Notes: generated by a model not told the origin, from the letters alone. Shown: positions 13,055 to 25,830, counted from the first letter of the stretch. The stretch: DNA of 64,000 bases from Octopus bimaculoides (GCF_001194135.2 NC_068982.1:85059333-85123332), one strand, 5' to 3'. Numbers and translations are program-made.

Positions 13055-16000
13055 TGGTAACCCACTAAGATAAACATCAAAAATCAAAAGGAGAAAATAA
13101 ACAGCTTTGCAAGTTTAACTCAGTATTTATTGAACAAGAGGGGTGCGAAATTTAAGAAGCAACTTATTAGAATATATACGTCTGTAAGGAGACATAAACA
13201 AGAATAGCAAAAATCTACTACACCAAAAGAACTGGTAATACATACATTACATGTGTTCTATGAAGGGAACATAAGATTGCTCCAAAATTCAACATGAGCG
13301 TAAAATGACATTAAACATTGTATAAGGTAAATTAACGTTTCTGTGGGAACACTAAAAAGTCATATCCACTAAATGAGTTTACATATGCGAAGATGAATTA
13401 TGATGCGGTCAGCATTAGATGTAGTGTGAGCTGGTAGCAGTGATATTGGCAGTGTTGGCAGCGATGAATTTCTTTGTGTCATAATATGGAGAAAGGAAGC
13501 AAATAACTTCCTGGTGAAAACACAAGCTAGATTCCCTAAGCGAAGAAAAACTTATCTATGTAAGGAAATTGCTAGGCTCCATAGAGATGTGAAAGGTTTT
13601 ACCACCAAGAGAACACATGATCCATTTGAGCACATCTGATTGGTTGACTGGGTAACTCGGTGCAATTGTTTAGGGAACAAATTGCATCTAAAAACTAACT
13701 AATCAGAGAAAAAGGGTTAAAGCAAGATCTTTATAGCCAAGTGCTACGTCCAAACAACAACTATAAATAAAAGGGAGAGAGGATAGTTTGCCATTTGTGC
13801 TTTTGTCAATACATTCTGCTACAGAACTCCCCAACCAGAACATTTGTGTGACACAAATTTGCGATAATAGGAGAGAACTGCCAGTAAAAATGGTAAGACA
13901 GAAGGGTTGAACATGCTAGTACACATATTAGAGTGTATGCAGAATTATGCAGATCAATAAAAATACAGCATCTTACAACAAAATAAAATATGTGAAAATT
14001 CAAACAAGGTATAAAAAAGAATGTAGGACATTTGCATATAAATAGTAAAGGATAGAAATGCATGCTTTGAACACAAAATAAACATCACATGAAAATACAT
14101 AGAAAAATGCATGATAACAAAAAAACAGGAAGTTATAGAAATGTTTTTAAATGTTTTGCACAGTTTGTTAGGCCAGTGGACTTTGTGGCCACTGTGTGTG
14201 GTGGTGGTATGAGAAGATGAAGGGGTAGATGACTGCATTGTTGGTGCTGGTGAAGGTGTAGGTATGATGTCTGCAGTATTTTGTGGTTTAAAATGGAGGG
14301 GTACATTTGGTTCTGGAGTGAGGGCTACAGCAAAAGCATGCTTCACCCTGTCAACAGATACTGTTTCTTTTTTGCCATTAATATCTATGGTAAAAAGTTT
14401 GTCAGTCTTTGCTAGGACATGATAGTGTCCTTTATGCAGATGTGTGAGTGGTCCTCTCACAGAATCGTCCCTCAAAAATACATGAGTCCATGAGGAAACG
14501 TCTTGTGGAATAAAAGAAGGTATAGACTGTCATCAAGAAGACATATGCAGTAGATCAGCAAAATAGGAAAATAAGTGGTATACGTATTCAGTGGGAACAT
14601 GAGCAGCTAAATCCACAGAGGTAAACATTTAACTCAGGAGTGATAAAGGCACAGCATAAAGTAGTTCTGCAGGTGTAAAACTGAGATCTTCTTTAACAGA
14701 GGATATACAACCCAAAAGAACAACAGGAAGGGACTCACTCCAGTGGTGAGGATCTGGATAGGATCGCAGTGCAGTTTTGAGTTGACGATGAAATCGTTCT
14801 ACCATCCCATTAGATACTGGGTAGTGTGGATGTGCTTAACACCCAACAACTTTGACAGTTCTGCAAACAGCTGCAACTCAAACTGTCTGCTACGGTCAGT
14901 TGTGATCTGTAAGGAAACACTGAAATGAGAAATTCAAGTGGCTATGAGAGCTTGAGCAACAGACTCTGCTGCGATATTGTGTAAAGGAACAGCCTCCAGC
15001 CAGCACATAAAACAGTCTATACTTGTGAGGATGTAAGTGAATCCATTGCTGACAGGCTAAGGACTGACTAGGTTGATATGGACTTGTTGAAAACAGGCAT
15101 CTGCCAAGTGGTGCTTGAACGTGTCTACATATCTTCGACTGCTGGCAATTCTGAGACCATGCAGCAATATGCTAAAGCATATTTGGCCAGAAGAATCGAG
15201 CCAAAATTAGCTTTACTGATGCAGAGATGCCAGGATGAGAGAGCAAGTGCAAAGCATTCAAAACATGTTTCTGGTGGTGCTCAGGAACTAATGGTCACGG
15301 GTCACCAGTAGAAACATCACACAAGATCATCTTCACAGCAGTTGGGATTGGTATGTACTTAAATTGACAAGTAGAAAATTTGTCAGATGTAGTATCCAAT
15401 GAGGTCAAAGCAGGCTGGTCAGCAGTCAAAGTGGACAAATCTATCTCTGAGGTGGAAGATAGAGAACAAATAGGAAGTCTGGATAAAGTATCTGTGGCTG
15501 AGCTATTCATTCTAGTTACATGTGAAATATCAGAAGTAAACTGCGATATGAAACCCAACTGTCAACTTTCTCAAGGAAAATATTTGTTGGTCTTCGATAG
15601 CAAAACGAACGTGAGTGGCTTGTGGTCAGTGAATATGGTAAATTCATGACCCTTTAAAAAGTGAGAAAAATATTTAACAGCTAGGTACATAGCTAGAAGT
15701 TCTTTGCTAAAGGTGCTGCAATGAATTTCAACAGGTTTAAGCTGGTGAAAAAAGAATGCCAAAAGTTGCATCTTGTTGTGATAGGATTGTTGTAGAACGG
15801 CACCTACATCAGAATCGGATGCATTGACTGAGAGTCTCAGCTGAGCATTCTGTATTGGAGAGGCTAACAAAGAAATCTGTCCTAGCTCATTTTTCATTTC
15901 CTCAAAAGCCTGTAGTTGTGATAGTGGAAGGGAAATAATTTCATCATTTTTTTTCTCTTTTGCAATAGTTGTGTTAGACGAGTCAATTTCCCAGCACAAT

Positions 16001-16900
16001 GTGGATTGAAACGCCAGTAGAAGTTTATCATTCCTAAAAATTGGCATACCTGGTGAAGAGAAGTAGGAGTAGCTAGACACTGTATTGCTTGAATTTTCTC
16101 GGGAAGAGGACAAATTCCATTGCTGTCTATGAAATGTCCCCAAAATTCCAAAGAGGAGGAACCAAAAACATACTTGGTGGAGTTTATCTTCATTTGGTAC
16201 GTAGAGAGATGTTGAAATAGCAGTGTTAAGTGTTGGATGTGTTCTTCCAACACTTGCAATAAGCAGATATTTGATATAAGCAAAGACAAAATGCAAACCA
16301 TGAACAACTTTGTCAACAAACCTCTGAAATGTGCTTGTAGTATTCCTGAATCCAAAAGGCATGGACAGAAATTCAAATGAACCGAAAGGAATGACGATGG
16401 CTGTCTTAGGAATATCATCAGGATTCACAGGAATTTGATGGTAAGCTCTAATGAGGTCTATCTTAGAAAGTACAGTGCAGCTATGCAAAGATGAAGAGAA
16501 ACCGTGTAGGTGAGGTACTGGATACCTGTCCAAAACTGTAACAGAATTAAGATGTCGAAGGTCTAAGACCCGCAGATCCCTTAGGGACAAGATGGAGTGG
16601 TGATGACCAAAGGCTGGTGGAGGGGCATATAAGCCCTAGCTGGAGCATGTGGTCAAATTCCGCTCTTACCACCTTAAGTTTATCTAGCACTAAATGATGA
16701 GGACATGAAAAAACAGGAAGTTCAATGATGGTTATAAAGTGCTTTGTTGAATGAGATTGCTTGGTTGAAAAGTGAGATTCATAAGTTCAGGTGACTTATT
16801 TAGGAGATCTCGATACGAATTTCCTGCAGCCACAATAAAAAATAGGCTAATACTTGGAGTAAGCAAGTCTCAACCAGTAACAGATAAAGTGGTGGAGCTA
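13055..16900 (-). mobile_element. Degenerate Gypsy LTR retrotransposon: RT-RNaseH-integrase and 3' LTR, 5' part lost
   Basis: RT motifs DRYPVPH, KIDLIRAYHQIPV, KTAIVIPFG..EF..MPFG; RNaseH FTIFTDHKPL; integrase C-terminal ETVSVDRVK. PPT GGGGAGTTC then TG at 13823, AATAAA near 13127, LTR end CA near 13055. Confidence 0.9.
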
Positions 16901-17371
16901 TCTCACAAGCATCGTGAGTATTTTAAATAAAAACTCAACCCAATATTTTTATCTTTCTTTGAAAATAACACTTGTACATTTCCTTTAAACTTTCTCAAAT
17001 CCAAATTTAGTTAGTTTTCAATTAAATGTTTGTAATCTAATATCAAGGTAAATATTTTCACATCATATGCTAAAAGTCGCTATCTCCAGAAATAAAATCA
17101 ATATTCTCTTCCAGATTGTGCTTCCTAAAAAGATTGTTTATATTTTGTAGGAAAACAGTAAATCTTTATATATGTATCTCTTTCAACAGATGAACACATT
17201 ATAACATGGTACTGGTAGCAGTGGTAATAGCAGTGATAATTGCAGAAGAAAAGATTTCTAATTGCATGCGTACCACAAAAATAAGGTATCAAACAATTCA
17301 AGTATATGACAATGGAGCAAACTAAAAGCAGTCACACTCTGTTTTACATAATTCACAGACATTTTTCTTAC

Positions 17372-17521
17372 CTTAAGTTCAGCTAGAGATTCTGAGATGG
17401 CTTGATGACAGGAAATTTGTTCCTGAAACACTTCAACAGTTGTATCCATCAGCTTAGAAAATTCTTCTTGTATTGCATTCAGTACAGATGAATGAGTCAC
17501 AACTAACATAAGACTGTCTAC
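17372..17521 (-). CDS. MAP3K4: MAP3K4 coding exon, VDSLMLVVTHSSVL...EQISCHQAISESLAELK
   Basis: TTAG acceptor and GTAAG donor; 150 bp, phase 0/0. Matches VDNLLLVV...EQTSSQPVIAKALQQLK. Confidence 0.92.
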
Positions 17522-17649
17522 CTAACAATGAAAAATTAAACAGTTGGTTATAAAGACGTAGCTATATAAAATATTTTCAATTGAGAAAAATTTTCAAAAA
17601 TATTTTCCTTCATAATCATGTTTTAATGGCCACTGTTCTTTCTTTTCCT

Positions 17650-18035
17650 TGCTTGCATGGGCTGCACAGAATTCTTAGCAGTAGATTTTCTACAAATGGA
17701 TGCCCTTCCTGTTGCCAACCCTCACCTGTTTCCAAGTAAAGTAATATTTACCCATGGCCTGATATGTTGAAATGGAGAATTAGAAATGAAGAATACTGCT
17801 TGTATGGCAGTGATGCTTGCATACAACTCTCACACAATATCAAGGCAAGGGGACTATAACATGTATGTGCACACATATGACAGGTTGCTTTCAGTTTCCA
17901 TCAACTAAATCCTTTCACAAGGCTTTGGTCAACTTGAGGCTAGAGTTGAAGTCACTTACCCAAGGTGCCACACAGTGGAACTTAATCTGAAATTATGTGG
18001 TTGAGAAGCAAACTCCTTAACCACATAATCACATA
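17650..18035 (-). repeat. tRNA-derived SINE
   Basis: Minus-strand head gtggttaaggagtttgcttctcaaccacat...ggcaccttgggtaagtg, shared with other copies. Confidence 0.65.
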
Positions 18036-18522
18036 TGGAAGTCCAACAGGGGAAATAAGATGTAAACTGAGTCATTTTAACTTCTAGAGGAGATAAAAAA
18101 GGAAAACATGCATAAGCAAAATTCTCCATAGTTGCTTGATAGATAAGCAAAAGTTATGGCATCATATAGAGTGTCCATGCAACATCATAGCTGGATCAAA
18201 TATTTTCATAATTAGTTATCTACAGTGCACTGTGCTTCTAGCAAAAGTCACTTATTAGAATTTCTTAGTTTGCTAGGGTCAGTTAAAATCCTCCAAAGGA
18301 CAACATTTTCAACAAGCTGGAATTCCTCAATTGTTTGGGAAATGCCTCTTAATTGCATAATGTTATGAAAATGAAGACAATCTATTATTCTCACAAAATA
18401 CTCCAGATCTCTCAAAGTTTGTCAACAAGAATCTTTGGAGAAAAGCTGAGTTTAAGCAGGTTCAGTAAATATCCAATATTCCAGATATGTACCAATGCTC
18501 ATTCAATATTCCAAGACATTAA

Positions 18523-18745
18523 GGCGGTAAGCTGGAAGAACTGTGCAGCACACCAGGCAAAATGCTTAGCAGTATATCATCTGTCTTTACGATCTGAGTT
18601 CAAATTCAGCCAAAGTTGACTGTACTATTCATCCTTTCAGGGTCGATAAAATAAGTACCAGTTGAGTACTGGGAGGTAAATGTAATCGATTTTCCCCCTG
18701 CATCCAAAATTGCTGGTCTTGTGCCAAAATTTGAAACCAATATTA
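18523..18745 (+). repeat. Nin-domain-like SINE
   Basis: Central ttcaaattcagcc...ttcatcctttcagggtcgataaaataagtaccag block, recognised as Nin-like. Same family as 53868-54068. Confidence 0.7.
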
Positions 18746-18960
18746 CAAGATATTTCTAACAACAGTTACATATTGAATGAATTTTTAGAGAAAAAAAATG
18801 AACAAAAATACTCTGTAGTTTGTACTAAAGGAAATAAATTATTAACAAATGTAATCAGTTTTTGTGCTAAAACCTTTAGTAAAGATAGCAAAATTTCTAA
18901 TTTTATTCATGCTTTATTAAGAAATCATTTTATTTTAATAGTGAATATTTAGAGACTTAC

Positions 18961-19227
18961 AGCAATATGAGACAAAGCAATTGCTGTTTGTGCAGTAGCA
19001 TCTACATGTACTGTGGATCCTTTCCACGACTGTTTGTTCACATCATTATCACATTGCAGCATTAACAAGTAACCTCTGTTGATATCTTGATCATGTGTAG
19101 GATCAGTATGTGAATAGCAATCCTCTTTACCACATGTTACATTCAGAAGTTGTAAAATTAGGTTCTGGTTCTTCAGAATTCTTTCTGGAATAAATATCAG
19201 GTAGCTTAAACTGAGAGGAACACTCAC
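18961..19227 (-). CDS. MAP3K4: MAP3K4 coding exon, VSVPLSLSYLIFIPERILKNQNLILQLLNVTCGK...ALSHIA
   Basis: TTCCAG acceptor and GTAAG donor; 267 bp, phase 0/0. ILQLLNxxxGK motif as in vertebrate MAP3K4. Confidence 0.92.
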
Positions 19228-19645
19228 CTGGAAGACAAACAATCAAGTTAAAATTTAAGCAATAACATGGTGAGAAATATATTAAAAGGTAAGTGTGATA
19301 CACATGTAAAGTTACAGTTTCCTTAAGAAATTACTGATTGTCAATCATTATTTTAATAGTTATTCTTGTGAAATTATTGGCTGCAGAGTAGGCACTGTCA
19401 ATCCATCAACAGTATCCAAATAAAAACATATGACTTATAAACTCTCTCTTGGAACCTTTGTATTATCAAAATTAATTTTCTTACAAATTGTTTGCAAACA
19501 TCTAATAGGATCTAACAGTAAGAAAACAAAATATGATTTGGTTTACAGTTTAAAGCTTAAATCCTTTTGACTAAAAGCACAGCTGAATATTTAATACTTC
19601 TGACTTTCTCAAATAACTCTCATACATTTTAAAAATCATACTTAC

Positions 19646-19729
19646 CAATACATGCTTCATTTCTTCCAATTTTGATATAATCTCTATTTTGGAAACATTC
19701 ATTTTGTATGAAGCAGCTAATTCAAGGTC
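19646..19729 (-). CDS. MAP3K4: MAP3K4 coding exon, DLELAASYKMNVSKIEIISKLEEMKHVL
   Basis: TATAG acceptor and GTAAG donor; 84 bp, phase 0/0. Continues ...KMLR with DLEIAA-like sequence. Confidence 0.9.
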
Positions 19730-20037
19730 CTATAAAATCAACCATAAAACAATTATAGGCTATTAAGAATATAAGTAGTTTAGACAAATCTTTTTAATAT
19801 GTTAGAGGCACAATGTAGTTTAGAAATAATACATTTCTAAATCTCTCAGAGAGATTTATGCAGTAGCAGCACGATAAAGTGATAGTATGTTGTCAACTTA
19901 ATGTGACAGTCCCATGAAAGGGAAGAATGCTATTGTTATTTAGCCCCAGGAAACGCCGTTTCTTGTTGGACTTGACACACTTCCCGTATACTTATGTTTT
20001 CAAAGCGGAGACAAGCACCTACCCAGCAAAGCCAGCA

Positions 20038-20080
20038 TGCAGAGACTAGTTTCAGAGTCATTGCTCATCATAAGTCTGGA
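20038..20080 (-). ncRNA. Hammerhead copy with mutated core (CUUAUGA) and a stem I mismatch
   Basis: Reverse complement reads TCCAGA CTTATGA TGAGCAATGACTCT GAAA CTAG TC TCTGCA. Confidence 0.65.
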
Positions 20081-20515
20081 GTAGCATGGCTTGCTAGCTG
20101 TTAATACCTATCCGCCTTTGAAAACATATATTTCAAGTGAAATACATTCAGTGATTTTTGAAAATAGAAGTAATATATTTCTAAATCTCTCAGAGATATT
20201 TATGCAGTAGCAGCACAATAAAGTGATAGTATGTTGTCAACTTAATGTGACAGTCCCATGAAACCATGAAAGAGAAGAATGCTACTGTTATTTAGCCCTA
20301 GGAAACATCATTTCCTGTTGGACTTGACATATTTCCTGTGTCCTTATGTTTTCAAAGTGGAGACAAGCACCTCCACCCAGCAAAGCCAGCATCCATCTCT
20401 CTGAGAGATTTAGAAATGTATTATTTCTATTTTCAAAAATCAGTGAATGTATTTCACTTGAAATATATATGTTTTCAAAGGCAGATAGGCTTCAACAGCT
20501 AGCAAGCCATGCTAC

Positions 20516-20558
20516 TCCAGACTGATGATGAGCAATAACTCTGAAACTAGTCTCTGGA
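20516..20558 (+). ncRNA. Minimal type I hammerhead ribozyme with intact core
   Basis: TCCAGA CTGATGA T GAG CAATAA CTC T GAAA CTAG TC TCTGGA: 6-bp stem I, 3-bp stem II, palindromic stem III ACUAGU, GUC cleavage triplet (cut after 20552). Confidence 0.8.
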
Positions 20559-23034
20559 TGCTAGCTTTGCTGGGTGGAGGTGCTTGTCTCCACTTTGAAA
20601 ACATAAGGACATAGGAAATGTGTCAAGTCCAACAAGAAATGGTGTTTCCTGGGGCTAAATAACAGTAGCATTCTTTCCTTTCATGGGACTGTCACATTAA
20701 GTTGACAACATATTATCGCTTTACAGTGTAGTTTGTTTCACATTTACTTCTAACAACCATAATCAAATATCTATAAACAATCTGCCTTCTTTTTTAACAA
20801 CAAACTTAACAAGGAAAACTCAATGAATAGAAATGATTAGTCTATATTTACTATTTTAATGTTTTGGATTATCTAACAGTAAAGGATAAGTACCAGATCT
20901 ACCTAGAAACAATTTTTAAGTTTCATGCTTGGATATCCAGTAGATGCGCCATCATCAGGATTGTCTTCACATGAAGGTTGATTGAAAGCATTTTACAGAA
21001 AATATTTTGTGAGATTTTTTCATTTAGTTTAGTTTGATAACCTAAACATGCAATTCTATATGCACTTCTTTTTAAAATTTGAGATAGATGTGTTGATGCT
21101 GCAAGTAGATATTTTTTTTAAAAATTTATTTATGTGTTTCAGCCAAGTGGCTGCGGTCATGCTGGTGCACCAGACATTTTACATTTTGTATAATTGCAAA
21201 ATAATAAATGTAGTAAATAAAAATAAATTAAATTTTCTATTTTTAAAGAAAATACGTAAATGTCGTTTTGATTATTTAAGGACTATACTATCTTAATACT
21301 GAAAAAAAAACAAAAAAAAAAACAATAAATGTAAAAAGGAATATGCTATTATCAAATTAAGGCATCTTCTAAAGTGTATCATCAGGCAGTTTAAGTAAAT
21401 CTACATGATCTTAATTCTTTGGATTATTAATCTTTTTAATAGAATTTTTTCTTTATAATTTGAAGTTACTCAGTGTGGCAAATAACCAGCAGTTAAACAG
21501 ACCTTAAGCAACTACTTACTTTTTTTGGAGTTACCAAATAAAAAGAAATAAATAAAAAAAAATCAAATGTGCTGTCCTAAAAAGTAGAAAATGATCAACA
21601 CAAGGTTTAGAAGAATTAAGATCATATGTATCAGGGAAGTAACAAAAAAGAGAGTTCCATAAGGTAGGGGTTTGAGGAAAAAAATTACTTAAGCTGCTAA
21701 TCTCCTACAAAAGGGGGGCAGAAAAAGTGAATGGATGAGAATTAGTAGAAAGGTGGGTCATTCAGTCATATATATCGTGAATCACCTAACAAATGCCAAG
21801 CCCATCATATAGGGTTCACAATTACTATGAAGTAAATAATAAATACTCAACCAATCTACTCTGCAACTGTATGTTACTACAAGGGTTTGTCTGAGAAAAT
21901 TCAGAGAATAAACACATATACAACAGCAAAACTGTGTTCAAAAGTAACACCATACTGCACAGATACTTCAAGAGTAAACCTACTCAAATCTGTTTAGAGC
22001 ATATGAACTGCATCTATAACATCTCATGCATTTACAGAAAAATTGGAAAGAATATAAAGATCAGAAAAGAGGATTATTGTAAAGTAATAATAAGAGATGA
22101 AACATCGAAGTAAAGAACGACAGAACACATAGGGTGTGAGAAAAAGAACCTAATACCATTATGGAATAAAATTTCCATAACTGACTATGAACCACAGGGG
22201 AAGCTTAGAAATATACAAGTCAGGGTATGACACATCCCTGTACTTTTTAACATGGCTATAAAGGGTTGGCATCAGGAAGAGCAATCAGCTATAAAATTGC
22301 CACAGAAAGCCCTACCTAACCCATGTTAGGTGGGGCTTTCTGTGGCAGATGTAAAAAAAAATAATGCATAAAAGTGCCCATGTGGTTTCACGTAAAAGCA
22401 TTCAGTACACTCTGTAAAGTGGTTGACATTAGGATGGTCATCCAGTTGAAGAAATCATACCAAATCTGGTGCAGCTTGCTAGTTCTAATCAAACCATCAA
22501 ACCCATGCCAGCAAGGGCAACATGATGATGATGAAGAACACTAATAGCACAACCAGTAAGTTCAATGCTGACATCAGCAAAACATGCCTGATTTTTTTGA
22601 AAGATAAATATTAACAACCCCAAAATGTGACATTAATCATACATGCAGTGGATAAGAACATAATCAGCTTTCATTTAAAATAAAGATTCTGATTTTTAAC
22701 CTAGACTGGTACTATGCACACATTTGAGAGTACAATACCTGATGACAAATAGAAATGAAACCAATCAAAATAAGGTTAATTTTATTCTGTTTTTCATTTC
22801 TAAAGATGAGTTTATTATAATCAAAAAAATTATAATCTACCAACTCATCTCAGAAAAATAGACATTTAATCAAACAAATTTTCTATGTACTGACTTATTA
22901 GACACACTGAAGTATATGATGGAGATCTTAGACTTTTTATATTAACCACTACGCCACATGCCCACTCATATGGCGTAGTGGTTAAGAGCACGGGCTACTA
23001 ACCCCAAGATTCCGAATTCAATTCCAAGCAGTGA

Positions 23035-23086
<52 letters not shown>

Positions 23087-23816
23087 CATAATAATAATAA
23101 ATGCCCGGATGCAGTACCAGGCAGTGGCTCTCATGGCTTCTGATCTTAATTGATTGGAAGTGTTATCATGTACATTGTTTTGTCTTGGTATAAAAAGATG
23201 GGCTACAGCAAATATTCTGCTTAATACCACAGATTTGCTTGTCAGTTGTTTGACCTTAACCAATTGAGCATGTCCCTTGGTGGCTGACGATATNNNNNNN
23301 NNNNNNNNNNNNNNNNNNNNNNNNNNNNNNNNNNNNNNNNNNNNNNNNNNNNNNNNNNNNNNNNNNNNNNNNNNNNNNNNNNNNNNNNNNNNNNNNNNNN
23401 NNNNNNNNNNNNNNNNNNNNNNNNNNNNNNNNNNNNNNNNNNNNNNNNNNNNNNNNNNNNNNNGGGGAGCATCATAGCTATGTGTTGAGAGGAATTCTTT
23501 GGGGTTTGAATAATTTACCTTTGGAAACATGGGTATTTTGCTCAACATCCTTAAACGAACCTTATTCAGGGACCTTTTGAGCAGGATGGGCTACCCGACC
23601 TGAAGAAAATTCTAACTGGGCCCCACCTGCGAGGTCATGCGTTGTTTATCTTGATATGAGATCACCATGTCACGCACATATGGTTGTGATGCATGTGCCT
23701 GGTGTACCCTTATCAGACGGGTAGTCATGATAGGTATATTGGGCTTCGTAAATTTTACCCCGGTGTCACTTTGATGGCATGCACTGCTCTCTTGCTCAAT
23801 AATGATAATAATAATA

Positions 23817-25089
23817 TTAGGTTGTCAAGAAAGTTCTTGCGGAATTTTAAATTTTGGTTTTAAATGATGTATTTTCAAATTTCATTAAATTACTTTGACT
23901 TTATATATCATTTTAAAGTCTGTTTTTCGCTCTATTTAATTGTGTTACTCTTTTTCTTTTTGAATAATTAGGCCATTTTTTACGGAATGTTGAATACAAC
24001 ATGGACAAAAAGCAAATTCACACAATTTTCTTATTCCAGTTCAAGCTAGGCCGAAAAGCTGCTGAAACAGCTCGCGATATCAACGATGTGTTTGACCCAG
24101 GAACCACTAATGAACATGCAGCACAATGGTGGTTCAAGAAATTTCGTAGTGGTAACAAGAGTCTTGAAGATAATAAGCGTAAGGGGCGGCCATCGGATGT
24201 TGACAACGATCAGCTAAGAGCTTTAGTGAAAGCCAATCCATGCACAACTGTTCCAGAGCTTGCTTCTGAATTAGACGTAATGTATACATCAATTTCCAAC
24301 CACTTGAAAGAAAGTGGAAAAACAAAATTACTTGAGAAATGGGTACCGCACAAATTGAACGACAACCAAAAAAAAACGCTGTTTTGAAGTGTCGTCTTCC
24401 CTTCTTTTACGCAAAAAGAATGACCCGTTTCTTGACCAGATTTGACTTGCCATGCAAAGTAGATTCTTTACAACAACAGGTGACGCTCAGCTCAGTGGTT
24501 GGATGCCGACAAAACTCCACGGCACTTCCTGAAGCCAAAGTTGCACCGGAAGAAGGTCATGGTGACTGTTTGGTGGTCTGCAGCCGGTCTCATCCATCAC
24601 AGCTTTTAGGATCCAGGCAAAACCATTACAGCGAAGTACTGTTAACAAATGGATGAAATGCATAAGAAACTCCGACAACAACAGCCAGCATTGGTCAATA
24701 GAAAAGGACCAATTTTCTCCACGACAACGGCCACACATCACACAATTGACCCTGCAGATATTAAACGAATTGGGCTACAAAACTCTGCTTCATCCATCAT
24801 ACTCACCAGACCTCTCACCTACTGACTACCACTTTTTCAAGCATCTCAACAACTACCTGTGTGAGAAATGCTTAAAAGGCCAAGACGATGCCAAACATGC
24901 CTTCAACAACTTCATCGCCACCAGAACGCAGGATTTTTACGCTACTGGCATAAATAAACTTGTTTCGTGTTGGCAAAAGTGTGTTCATTCTGATGGTGTT
25001 TATTTCAATTAATAAAGTTTTGTTTGAGCCGAGATGTGTGCATCTGAATTTAAAGGTTAAAAACCGCAAGAACTTTCTTGACAACCTAA
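23817..25089 (+). mobile_element. Full-length mariner transposon (cecropia/Hsmar1-like), transposase pseudogene with frameshifts
   Basis: Perfect 26-bp TIRs TTAGGTTGTCAAGAAAGTTCTTGCGG, TA TSD, 1273 bp. Motifs WFKKFRSG..SLED, KWVPH, YSPDLSPTDYHFF; reading frame broken near 24380 and 24720. Confidence 0.96.
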
Positions 25090-25147
25090 TAATAATAACA
25101 TCAAAAAATACCTTAGGAATGAGAACCCAGGTTCGAAATTTCCCCAA

Positions 25148-25193
25148 GACACCTGATGAAGGCTGGAGGGTATATCAGCTGAAATGTTGTGTT
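25148..25193 (+). ncRNA. Minimal type I hammerhead ribozyme motif, intact CUGAUGA core
   Basis: GACAC CTGATGA A GGCTG [10 nt] CAGCT GAAA TG TT GTGTT. Stem I 5 bp including a G-U pair; stem III AUGU (ACGU would be palindromic). Confidence 0.6.
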
Positions 25194-25259
25194 AACAACA
25201 AACAAGATGAGGACAAATATCTGTCAAATGTAAATAATGTAAATAATGAAAGTACTTAC

Positions 25260-25359
25260 ATTTCTCAACATTTTGGCAAAGCCTAAAGCTTTTGAAGTTC
25301 GTTCACGTCCTTCACGGAAAAGATTTTTGGAGTCACGAAATGTTTGCTGAATACGATGT
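25260..25359 (-). CDS. MAP3K4: MAP3K4 coding exon, HRIQQTFRDSKNLFREGRERTSKALGFAKMLRN
   Basis: TTTAG acceptor and GTAAGT donor; 100 bp, phase 2/0. Contains the conserved RERxSKALGFAKMLR motif. Confidence 0.96.
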
Positions 25360-25447
25360 CTAAAGTGAACAGTAAATGAAAATACACTTGTTAAAAATGT
25401 TGTTAAAAAATAAAAATTTTTAAAAGGAGCTGGTCTTCGTCATCATT

Positions 25448-25830
25448 ATGTATAAAGTTACACAGGTTATTTTGGTCACAATTCATACCATTTGTAACAT
25501 ATTTGTCATCCAATGGGTTCCACCATATCTTCTACCTTGGATTAATGACTTCCTATCCAATGGCACCATTACATCATATGCTGATGGAGCTCTTTCTGAC
25601 CCACACTTTATCAACTCTGGTGTGTTTCAAGTTTTACTTTTGTCCTCCACACTCTGATTGTCATGTAGCAAGTGATTCTGTAATATTAAGGTTTCTAAAT
25701 CATTAGTGAGACAATACTTCTGTTTATGAGTTAATGTACTGCATTTTTGTGTCCTATTCTCATTGCTTCGATCAAATAAACTCAGGTCTGTCTTATTTTT
25801 TTGTATATATCTTGAGGTCATCCATATAAA
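25448..25830 (+). mobile_element. CR1-like LINE RT fragment
   Basis: WINDFLS....INSGVFQ..LSSTL resembles WI.SFLS...INSGVPQGS.LSP.L. Confidence 0.65.

Larger units (their letters stand above)
19822..20723. mobile_element. Hammerhead-containing 344-bp repeat: about 1.7 tandem copies plus one inverted copy (retrozyme/pLTR-like)
   Basis: Copies start at 19821 and 20165; the inverted copy spans 20395-20723. Flanks CAATGTAGTTT (19811-19821) and CAGTGTAGTTT (20724-20734) form a near-perfect 11-bp TSD. Confidence 0.85.
22942..25250 (+). mobile_element. tRNA-headed composite repeat with (AAT)n spacers and a hammerhead-bearing tail, interrupted by mariner and an N gap
   Basis: A-box TGGCGTAGTGG (22971), B-box-like AATTCAATTCC, tRNA-like arm GGGCTACTAACCCC. 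The sequence resumes after the mariner and ends in TGTAAATAA repeats. Confidence 0.7.

Noticed and set aside
20895-20975. Minus-strand CTGATGA...GAAAC near the 344-bp array
   Set aside because: No convincing stem I or stem II pairing. Other isolated CTGATGA hits (about 928, 2457, 22738, 47814, 62464) also fail to fold.
22971-23035. Possible genuine tRNA gene
   Set aside because: No acceptor stem pairing, degenerate T arm and no oligo-T terminator; it is a SINE-type head.
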